DNA of 64,000 nt. Source: the human T2T-CHM13v2.0 reference genome, Homo sapiens. Positions 52,910-64,000 of the stretch are shown here, piece after piece (the first letter of the stretch is position 1; the number at the start of each line of letters is the position of its first letter). The notes under the pieces were generated by a model that made no database searches, was not told where the DNA came from, and saw only the letters and a list, made by a program, of their open reading frames with translations. The position numbers and the translations under genes were made by a program. The stretch lies in assembly GCF_009914755.1 (NCBI RefSeq), contig NC_060931.1. One strand, 5' to 3'.

Positions 52910-55900
52910 TCAAATGCCCTAAAGCAGATTAGGCCAGAAGTTGTCAGGTCAGAGAAGAAAGAGAAATTATGTTCAGTTTTATGTTTTTATGGGAACTAAA
53001 TTAAAATATGTGTAAAAAACTAGGTGAAAGTAACTTAAGTTACTTGAAATAATGAATTTCTAATAAATATTGGAAGCCCTGCACCAGAAAGCTTATAGAG
53101 GTAGAGTTTGTCACTGTGATTTTGACATGCAGAGCCTATATACCTCTGAATAGTTTTGTTTTGTTTTCAAATTGTACGTAATAAATTACTTCTGTAAGTT
53201 GTAATTCAATTACTTTGAATAAGACTTACAAAATCAAGGACAAAAATCATACAAGCTGTAACTGTTCAGAAAACATGTTCACTTAGATTCCCAAGTACTT
53301 GCTTCTAAGTGGAAAAATGAATCTGCAAAATACTGAGAATATAATAGTTTCTGCTTTTTATTTCTGTTTTTTACCAAAGACTGACTTCTAAAATTCCACT
53401 TTTATTTGCTTTTACAGAGCACGTGCATTGTTCTGTAGCCACCAGAGAGAGATTTAAACCTGATTAATAGATCCAGGACAACTTGCTTGAGTGAACATAA
53501 CTTTTGCAGTATAATCAATGTCAGCCTTCACTTCTTAAAACCAGCTGATCAGGATCAGAGGTCCTCTGAAAAACACGCCTCAGAGCACCAATCAATCAAC
53601 AGCAATCCCCCTGAAGTAGCCAGGCCTCAACAGATGATGGAACCCATTCATACCTCTGAAAGTCCTCCAATCCCTCAACTCCAAGCTTCCCACAAACCCC
53701 TTATGCTAATCAGCACTCCATTCTGCTTAGTGGGATGGTGCCTGGTCAGCATTGCTCTGACTTGCTGTAATAAGCAATAGATTTACATTTGTCATTTCAT
53801 TTCAGATATCAAGTGGTGGTATCCTCATCCTCAACAATACCTAAGGAGAGAATAATGGAGTAACAGCCAACAAGGACCAACAAACTTATTAGAAAGTAGT
53901 TTTCTTCACAGGTGTTCTTTATTAGACAGACTCCTGCTGAGACCGGATCTTTCTGCTCATCCCAATTTCAGCTCACAGGGGAGATGGATGTGTGCTTACA
54001 ACATGGGCTGCCACTGTTTTTCTTGTGAGGCATGTCAGACCAGGGAGATAACAACTGATTATGTCATAATAATCAATTTCCCTACGAACCACCAAAGTCT
54101 CCACCCCTAAATGGGAACTCTGGGAAGAAGCAGTGGGTATGAGTAGCACTCTGTGCAGGGAACCAGCTCTGGTGACAGGACAGGTACTCCCTCAACCATT
54201 CTCTTCTCTCCCAGGGTTCTCTGCACATAACTGGGTTCTCTGCGGAAGGTGTAGGAAGCATCTTCTGCTGCTTCACCGCATCACATATATTTTATGTTCA
54301 TTTCCCCCACTGTTCTTCCATTGTGTGATGGGCTTTCAGCAACTATCAATGGGTGTCACCCTCCCGCAGGCTGCCTTCATACTGTCTTTGTGCACGAGGA
54401 CTCCTATTTCTCCCACCTGTATTTCAATCCAGTTCTCTGGACTCTTGTCTTCAATATTCTAGAGATATGAAAATTACTGTCTGCTCCATTTGTTGGTGTC
54501 AGAGTGGCTGCCCTTTATCAGTCTCTTTGAATTTTATCTTTGACCTCCAGTGATGGTGGTTTGGGTCCCTGGCAGGAATCCCTCTATGGTGGACAACATT
54601 GTCTCATAGCAGCGATTTCCATTAGGGACATCCCTCTACATTTTCTCCCAGCTCCAACCTCCTCAGCATAAAGAACACAGCATCCAACACATACGGTTTT
54701 TATATTCATTCCAGGTCCAGGTTGGAATAAAGCAGGATTCATTAAATGGAATGGGTTCCAAGGCTATGGCTATAGTCCCCACATGGGGGTTGAGTGAAGC
54801 AGGTGTTGATAGCTTGATCATCATTAGGTCATCGTTCAAGGATTTTGCATCAAAGTCAGGGTAGGTCACAATCGATGAATAGTTTCATATCTGTTGTTTC
54901 TTGTTTGTGATGCTAGGTTGAGAAACTCCCAGTCGAATTTCAACACTTTGGAAGAAAGAGGGCAGAGAGATGAGAAGAAAGAGAGTCATAAGATAATGGA
55001 TTACAAGAAATCCTACGGGCCACCCTCTTTAATTATTTTAACTTTATTTCTTAACCTGAGAACTGACATGGCCTTCTTTTGTCTATAAAACAATAGCAGT
55101 AATTTACAGAATTGTTGTATTAGAGACATAAATTTGTAAAATGTCTGACATCGTGTCTGGCAACTAAAACACAAGTCAGTGGAGCCTTGTTATTAAGATT
55201 TTTATCATCTGAATTAGCAGCTAATAGAGAGGCAGCACACATCCAGTTCATGTGTTAAGTATGGATGTAAGAAAGAACATCTGCCTTTTCAATTTTTATT
55301 CTGGAAGGATGTGAACTGTGTATTTCCTTTGTATTTCCCATATACCACAGAGCAGAGGTTAGTCTGCGTTAAACTAAACTGCCTTGAACAGCCAGATGGC
55401 TAAGATTTCTGAATTTGAAAGAACCGTTCTATACTCATGAAACTGAGTAGGTCTTGATCACACAGCACATTCTCACACACAACAGAAACACTGAGATTTG
55501 CAAGGAATTGCTTTATTTTGTATCGTGCTCCCTTGCCCTCTACTGTCACTGCATGATATGGCTTCTGCCTAAGTCTTTGACCTCATCCTATGAGCGATCC
55601 CCCTGCTCATTACCCTTAATTCCTGCCGATTTCTCAGCTTAATATCTTTGTTACTTCAGGGAGTATATGAATATTGTTCCCTTGGCCTGGAATATCCCCC
55701 AGGATTTATTCATTTGGCTGGCTCCTTCTCTTCCTATGGATCTCACCTCTTCAGAGATGATGGACATGACCACATTAACTAAAGCAGATTTCTTATTTCA
55801 TGCCCATATATTAGAGCTTGCCATTAAAAAAAATACTTTGTTTTTGGCCATTTATTTGTGGTGGCTACTGCCTCTACCAAAATGTAAGCTCCATGAGGGA

Positions 55901-56660
55901 ACACTTATTTTCATCTTGTTCCTTCACTGTTTCATCAGTGATTAAGTAGCCCTTGCTAGATAATAAATGTTTAACAAGTATTGTTGATGAATGAATATTA
56001 TTTACTACCCATGAGAGGGAATCCTCTGACATCTTCCTACTGATCTCCTCCTAAACTGCCCAAATTTGTGTTCTGTTTCCCAATGGGAACAAGAGTCTCT
56101 CTTTTTCCGTGTCTTCTGATTTTACTAAAAATTTTCTGGGATGCTTCACCAGATCTACATTTGTTTGAACAGATTCCTCCCAGCTCGCAAGAGAAAGGGA
56201 TACTTACGGTAAGGGGCAGTGGGCAGCTGTCAATACCCAGTCAAGGTGAATGAGAGACCCCACGCAGGGTTCTGGGAAGGACTGAAGATAGACCATGTAA
56301 GGAATAGTAAAATTATATGTCAGCTCCTGATTATCTTTAGAGTCTTTAGCCAGAGCAGCTCCTGGAGAATCAAGGGGCCATAGGTGGAAAGGGAAAAAGA
56401 AGTTAAAAGGCCAGAACTGGCTAGGGTAGTTTTCCCTAACCTAAGGTTTTCAAATGTAATGTAAAGGTCTTCAATTTACCTTTCATATTTTAATCAAGGA
56501 AAATTATGCATGTCCTCTAAGTTATACACAATAAGAAAATTGACACATGGTTTTGCTGAGATGAAATTACATTAAAATTCTGTGAAACTTACTTACATGC
56601 TGATCAGAAGCTCCTATTGGCAGTGCTGTGTGTTACAAAGATGAAAAAAATAATGACTAC

Positions 56661-56778
56661 TTGAAATTTTTTTTTAATTCACTTTTGCCATAAATGGGGG
56701 TAAAAAAGTATGGCGTGATTTAAATTTTTTTAAATTCACTTTTGCCATAAATTGGGGTAAAAAATTACTGCCTGACTT
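56661..56778. repeat. 57-bp tandem duplication in intron 1 of the trypsin-like pseudogene
   Basis: aattcacttttgccataaat(g/t)ggggtaaaaaa starts at 56676 and 56733. Confidence 0.85.
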
Positions 56779-59480
56779 TGGTGATGAAAGAAATAGAAAA
56801 GCTTAGGGCTTCCAGAGCCCCTGACCCAGCTCACCCCCCTTTTCCAGGCCCATGTTCTCTAATGTGGTTCCTTTTGTTTTCTTCAACGGTTGTTTTATTT
56901 AAATGTCCTCCGCTTCCTAGCTGTTTAGTTGTGCCCAGCTACTCCTCTTTCCAATCTTTCATAGACTATCCTGGGTGTCACAATAGGCAGAAACAAAGCC
57001 CCAAACTCTCACCAGCTGCACTCAAGAGAGCGACGATGAGAAAACCCTTCGTGGCAGACAGATCTCGCCAGGAACAGACAAGTTGATCAAGCTGTAAACT
57101 GTCCCAATCTTTAGTCCAAGTGTCCTTGCCAAGAACAGCTGTGGAGATTATGGGCAGAAGACAGATGAGAGGAGAGCAGTCTTCACATGAGTCCTTATCA
57201 AGACCCAAATATATACGGCATTGCTGGGAGCCGTCTCTGATGTGGGTGAAAGAGAGTGGCACAGACCAAGCCGAGGTCCTGGTGCCTCCTTTCCTATCCT
57301 ACAAATCTTGCCTGGAGTTATTATGTACCTGCTGATTTTCCTTCTCCTCTCTATGACACAACCTTTCTTTGTTGTCTCCTTCTCCCTCTGTGACTTAAAC
57401 CGCTCTCCCTGCCCATCTTGCTGCCATCTCACCTCTTCCAGAGACTTCCAGAGGATTGGGGTATGAAATGCACTTAATAAATCATTGCTTTTTTCATTCC
57501 TTGTAATTTTAGTGATGAGGAAGCTATGGTTCTCTTGGAAGTTAGTGGCAAAGTCAGGACTCAGAACTCAGTCTCCATATTCTCTGTGTCAAGGCTGAAC
57601 TCTATCTTAGCCTGTGTTCCCAGAAAAGAGCAATGGTTAAGAAATCCCTCCATCGTTTTGTGTTCTTAGAAATGAATTACCACAAAGAGCTACCTTTCCT
57701 ATATGACTTAAATAAGACTCTCTGCCCCTTCTTTCTCCCAGCTCCCAGAAAATTTTGCATGGTTCTCTTGCTTACCTGTGATGCATCAAATACAGACCTT
57801 TCCTCTTTTGCCCGGACTTGCTGACATGGCCAGACATGGACCATCCAACTCCCCATTTTTTGTTTCAAAAATGATTAGCTGAGATTAGAATGGTTTGTCT
57901 CTTCGAAACTAGCTACATTAAAAAATAAACATTTCCTATTCAGCCAACTAACTGAGGCTTCCCCCTGATTGTAAAACAACCCCCACTATAAATCTCCCCA
58001 CCTCAAACTTATCTTTTTCTCCCTATAAAAATTCCAGGGCAAAACCACCCTGCCAAGATACTTCATAATCTTCAGATCTTGGATGCTCTCCTATTGGATG
58101 ATCTGAATGCAACCAATCTCCTTACTAGTTCACTTTTTGTCTTCTATGCTGATTACTCTCAAAATGCATCCCATTTTTTCTTTTTATTAGCTACCCGTAT
58201 ATGGTAACTTCCAGCCTGTCCCACAGAGACGGGTAATAACAGTAGGTTCAATCCCACATTTTATATAGAGTAGACTGGAAAAATGCAAACTATATAGTAT
58301 CAAACTGATCTTTATCAGAGTAATTAAGGAGCTGATCAGTTATAAAAGTCCATAAACATAACATTCCTATATCTGTAAAAATTATAGGCAGACTTAGTTC
58401 TCCTAAAATTTAATTATTAACTTAAAACCTCATCAGTATGTTCCCATGTACTCTAAACTTTTGGGGACAATATTTCTTTAGTACCCAAAGGTTTTAAAAT
58501 AATAATTATTAAAATAATAAAGTCAGTATTTGTTTTGTACCATGTGACAAATACTGTGCTATATGCCCAGCATGTGTGACCTAATTTATCCTTTATCACA
58601 GGCCTATACATTAAATATCGTTATTATCCATTTTCAAGCTGAAGCTCTGTATGGTTAAAAACCTTGCTCACAACCATACTGTTGAAGCCCACGACCCCCA
58701 ACATTTTAGGAAATCCAGCATCCCTCTACTTGTTCCAATTATTTATCTGGTAGGACTGGGCCTTATTTCTGCTAAGTTCTTTGCTTATCTCCAGACTTCT
58801 TTGTCCCAGCACATGAAAACAGCTGTCTTCATTTTATTTCTTAATTCACCACTAACCTAATTCTAGGGTGGGTTTCAGACTTTTACTGAAGCTTTGGAGA
58901 TATTACAGGAAATTTTGGCACCAGCCTGAAAACATCTTTAAATAGTATATCAGAAATCACTTTGTGAATGTTTATGAATCACCTACAGTCCACGGAGTCT
59001 GTTAACCTATAACCTGGTTTCTGCCACATTGCTGGAACCTACCCTGAATTCCTTTTTTATTTTCTTGTTTTCTTCATGTCTTTAGTCAGCTCACATTTCT
59101 GCTGCCCAGAAGCCCCAAGTAGAGAGAGACAAACATCTACCCTTTTAAGCTATCGGAGGAGAACTGAAAATTTTTGTTACTATCTTACATTGAGAAATCC
59201 ATATTTTCTCTCTCTATTCTCAATCTCTGCCTCCCTCCCACAAAGCCTCACCAATGAGAATATGAAGGCGACTATTGTTAGTTTCCTTTCTTTTAAAATG
59301 TCTTTTTCTTTTCTTTTCTCATGGAAAGAATAGGCTAAATACAACTATTTGCTTTGTAAAGAAGTGAGACGATACAATTTATTTAATGGATATAAGAGAT
59401 TATAGTCACTATCTTCTTTATAATTTCTCGTATAATATTCTAATAAAGGTCACTCAATTGTGACCTCGGCAAGCATAATT

Positions 59481-62400
59481 CACTGCAGAGGCAGTGGCCT
59501 AGAGCTGTCAGTTTCCCCTGGAGGCTCAGTCCAGGGAGTTGCTGAGTTGGTACTGGCATGACAGCTCTGGTGAGGGGTGGCTGGAGGCCCAGGCCTGGAG
59601 GACCTGCCCAGTGAGGAGATATGGGAATAGGCACCTACGTACCAGTCTGGCCACTTTTCTGTAGGGTTGCTGCAATATGCTTGGGGCCTGCTCCAGTCTC
59701 TAGTCACCTTGGATTTTCTAGAACCTGGAGGTGTCACCAATGAAGGCTGCAAAACAGCAAAGATGGTAGCCTGTCCCTGCCTCTGGGAGCTTTGTCCCAG
59801 GGAGGTGCAGACATATTGGCAGCCCAAAAGCACCTGTAGGATGTGGCTGGAGAAACCTTACAAACCAGAAGAGATTGCAGGTCTACATTCAACACAATTA
59901 AAGAAAAAAATCTTCAACCAAGTGTTTCATATCCAGCCAAACTAAGTTTCCTAAGTGAAGGAGAAATAAGATCTTTTTCAGATAAGCAAATGTTGAGAGA
60001 CTTTATTATCACCAGACTTGCCTTACAAGGGATCTTGAAAGGAGCACTAAATATAGAAAGGAATGATTGCTATCAGCTGATACAAAAACACACTTAAACA
60101 CACAGCCCAGCATCACTGTAAAGCAACCACACAAACAAGCCAACATAATAACCAGCTAACAGCACAATGACAGGATCAAATTCACACGTCAAAACTAACC
60201 TTTAAAACTAAACAGGCTAAATACTCTACTTAAAAGGCACAGAGTGACAAGCTGGATAAAAACACATGACCCAATGGTATGCTGTCTTCAAGAGATCCGT
60301 CTCACATGTAATGACACTCATAGCCTCTAAATAAAGGGATGGAGAAAAATCTACCAACCGATTAGAAAACAGAAAAATGCAAGGGTTGCAATTCCAATTT
60401 CAGACAAAACAAAGATCAACAAAAGACAAGGAAGGGCATGACATAATGGTAAAGGGTTCAGTTCAACAAGAAGACCTAACTCTCCTAAATATATATTCAT
60501 CCAACACAGGAGCATCCAGATCCATAAAGCAAGTTCTTAGAGACCTACAAAGAGACATAGATCCCTACACTATGATAGTGGGATACTTCAACATTCCACT
60601 GACAGTATTATATCATTGAGGCAGAAAATTAACAAAGATATTTAGGACCTAATCTCAGCATTGGACCAAATGGATCTGATAAACCTTCACAGAAGTCTCC
60701 ACCCCACAACAAGAGAATATACATTTTTCTCATTATCACATGGCACATGCTCTAAAATTGACCATGTAATTAGACATAAAATAATCCTCAACAAAAGAAT
60801 CAAAATCATACCAATCACACTCTTGGGCCACAGTGAAATAAAAACAGAAGTCAACACAATGAAAATTCCTCAAAACAACACAATTACATGGAAATTAACA
60901 TGCTGCTGAATGAGTTTTGGGTGAACAATGCAATTAAGGTGGAAATCAAGAAGTTCTTTGAAAATAATGAGAACAAAGATACAACAAACCAGAATCTCTG
61001 GGACACAGCTAAGGCAGTGTTAAGAGGAAAATTCATAGCACTAAATGTTCACATCAAAAAGTTAGAAAGATCTCAAATTAACAACCTAACTTCCCAATGA
61101 AAGAATTAGAGAGGCAAGAACAAATCAACCCCAAAAGAGGATAAGAAATAACACAAATAAGAGCTGAAATGAAGGAAATTAAGACACAAGTAAACCATTC
61201 AAAAGACCAAAGAATCCAGGAGTTGGTTTTTTGAAAAAAAAAAAAAAAAAAAAAAACAAAGCCACTAGTTAGCTAATTAAGAAGAAAAAAGAGAAGGTCC
61301 AAACAGACACAATCAGAAATGATGACGGGAATGTTACTACTGAACCCACAGAAATAAAAACAACCATCAGAAACCAATATGTACACCTCTACACACACAA
61401 ACTAGAAAACCTAGAGGAGATGAATACATTTTTGGATACATACACCCTCTCTAGACTGATCCAGAGAGAAACTGAATCCCTGAACAGACCTATAACAAGC
61501 TCCAAAATTTAATCAGCAATAAATAGCCTACCAATCAATAAAAGTGCAGGATCTGATGGATCCACAGCTGAATTCCACTGTATGTACAAAGAAAAACTTG
61601 TACCATTCCTACAGAAACAATTCCAAAAAATTGAGGAGGAAGGACTTCTCCCCAACTCATTCTATGAGGCCAGCATCATCTTGATACCAAAACCTGGCAG
61701 AAAGACAGGAAAAAAGAACACTTCAGGCCAATATCTTTGATGAACAAAGATGTAAAAGCCCTATACAAAAATACTTACAAACTGAATCCAGAAGCGTATC
61801 ATAAAGCTAATCCACCATGATCAAATAGGCTTCATCCTTGGGATGCAAGGTTGGTTCAACATACAAAAATCAATAAATGTGACTCATCTCATAAACAGAA
61901 CTAAGGATAAAAATCACATGATTATCTCAATAAATGCAGAAAAGGCTTTTGATAATATTCAACATTACTTCATGTTAAAACGCTTAATAAACCAGGTATT
62001 GAAGGAACACACCTCAAAATAATAAGAGCCATCTATGACAAAACCACAACCAACATTATACTAAATGGGCAAAAGCTGGAAGCATTCCCCTTGAAAACTG
62101 GCACAAAACAAAGATGCCCTGTCTCACCACTTCTATTCAACATAGTATTAGAAGTCCTAGCCAGAGCAATCAAGCAAGAGAAAGAAATAAAAGACAACCA
62201 AATGGGAAGAGAGGAAGTCAAACTATCTCTCTTTGCAGATGACATGATTCTATGTCAAGAAAACCCCATAGTGTTGGCCCCCAAGCTCCTTCAGCTGATA
62301 AACAGCTTCATCAAAACTGCAGGATACAAAATCAATGTACAAAAATCACTAGCATTCCTATACACCAACAACAAACTGAGAGCCAATTGGAAAGTTAGTC

Positions 62401-64000
62401 CCATTCACAATTGCCATGCACAAACAAAAAAACCCCCAAAACCTAGGAATACAGCTAATCAGGGGGGTGAAAGATCTCCACACTGTGAATTACAAAACAC
62501 TGCTGAAAGAATTCAGACAAGACACAAACAAATGGAGAAACATCCCATGCTCACAGATAGGAAGAATCAATATCATTAAAATGGCTATACTTCCCAAAAC
62601 AATTTATAGATTCCATGCTATTCCTATCAAACTACCAGTGACATTCTTCACAGAACTAGAAAAAATATTTTAAAATTTATATGGAACCAAAAAAACAAGC
62701 CCAAATAGCCAAGGCAATGCTAAGCAAAAAGAACAAAGCTGAAGGAAGCAAGTTACCTGACTTCAAACTGTACTACAAGAGCTACAGTGACTAAAACAGC
62801 ATGGTACTGGTACAAAAACAGGCACATAGACCAATGGAACAGAATAGACAGCCTAGAAATAAGGCTGCACTTCTATGACATCTCATCTTTGACAAAGCTG
62901 GCACAAACAAGCAATGGGACAGAGCCTCTCTATTCAATAAATGGTGCTGGGATAACTGGCTAGCCAATGGAGATTGAAACTGGACCCCTTCTTTACACCA
63001 TGTACAAAAATCAACTCAATATGGATTAAAGACTAAAATGTAAAACCCAAAACTATAAAAACCCTGGAAGACAACCTAGGCAATACCATCCTGTACCTAG
63101 GAATGGGCAAAGATTTCATGACTGTATTAGTCAGTTTGCATGCTGCTGATGAAGCCATACCCAAGACTTGGCAATTTACAAAAGAAAGATATTTAACTGG
63201 ACTTACAGTTCCATGTGGCTGGGGAAGCCTCACAATCATGGCAGAAGGCAAGGAAGAGCAAGTCACATCTTACATGACGGCAGCAGGCAAACAGAGAGAG
63301 CTTGTGCAGGGGAACTCCTCTTTTTAAAGCCATCAGATCTTCTGAGACTTATTCACTATCACAGAAATAGCATGAGAAAGACTTGCTGCCATGATTCAGT
63401 TACCTGCCACCGGGTCCGTCCCACAACACATGGGAATTCCAGATGAGATTTGGGTGGGGACATAGTCAAACCATATTAATGAAAAAGACACCAAAAGCAA
63501 TCACAACAAAAGCAAAAGTTGACAAGTGGGATCCAATTAAACTTAAGAGTTTCTGCACAGAAAAAGAAACTATCAACAGAGTAAACAGACAACCTTCAGA
63601 ATGGGAGAAAATGTTTACAAACTGACAAATGTCTAATATCCAGCATCTATAAGGAACTTAAGCAAACTTACAAAAGGAAAACAAAGGACCCTATTAAAAA
63701 GTGGGCAAAGGACATGAACAAACACATCTCAAAAGAAGACATACATAAGGCCAACAAGCATATGAAAAAAAGCTCAATATCTCTGATCATAAGATAAATG
63801 CAAATCAAAACCACAAGGAGATATCATCTCACGTCACTGAGAATGGCTATTATTAAGTCAAAAAGTAACAGAGGCTGGCAAGGTTGCAGAGAAAAGGGAA
63901 CACTTATACACTGTTGGTGGGAATGTAAATTAGTTCAACCATTGTTGAAAGCAGCACAACAATCCCTCAAAGAGCCAAAAGCTGAACTACCATTCGACCC
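59481..64000 (+). mobile_element. Long L1PA-type element: inverted 5' UTR piece (59481-~59850), ORF1 end, decayed ORF2 running off the window
   Basis: ORF peptides SYPAKLSFLSEGEIRSFSDKQMLRDF (ORF1p), KDKEGHDIMVKGS (endonuclease), [29 protein letters not shown] (RT); many frameshifts and stops. Confidence 0.93.
63123..63478 (-). mobile_element. THE1 (MaLR) solo LTR inserted into L1 ORF2
   Basis: tgtattagtcagtttgcatgctgctgat...gagatttgggtggggacatagtcaaaccatatta; 5-bp TSD atgac/atgaa; L1 sequence resumes on both sides. Confidence 0.9.

Noticed and set aside
59843-63625. Functional L1 ORF1/ORF2 (also 20274-20881, 45318-47300)
   Set aside because: Fragmented by stops, frameshifts and a THE1 insertion; not retrotransposition-competent.

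Overview
Primate, almost certainly human, genomic DNA (Alu/L1/MIR/L2/LTR-rich, with an AluYa5). From recalled sequence and gene order it is the 7q34 interval just 5' of the T-cell receptor beta locus. I reconstructed four loci exon by exon from splice sites and reading frames. (1) + strand: the last two exons of MGAM2 (GH31 maltase-glucoamylase paralogue). Its terminal exon adds a ~700-aa Thr/Ser/Pro mucin-like tail built on a 60-bp/120-bp higher-order tandem repeat, and the 3' UTR reads like a decayed continuation of that tail. (2) - strand: MOXD2P (DBH-like copper monooxygenase pseudogene), with 11 cleanly spliced exons, a TGA at codon 305, all copper ligands retained and no terminal coding exons. 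(3) - strand: intact PRSS58 (241 aa). (4) - strand: a 5-exon paralogue of PRSS58 (TRY2P/PRSS59P) broken only by ATG>ACG and one in-frame TGA. I found no wholly new gene class. The most notable signals are the fossil mucin extension in the MGAM2 3' UTR, the non-canonical protease pair sharing a conserved (E/D)VSAAP motif in place of GDSGGP, the paired loss of Cys191/Cys220 in the pseudogene, and a locally templated insertion that splits an LTR. Gene symbols and repeat subfamily names are from memory and need BLAST/RepeatMasker confirmation.
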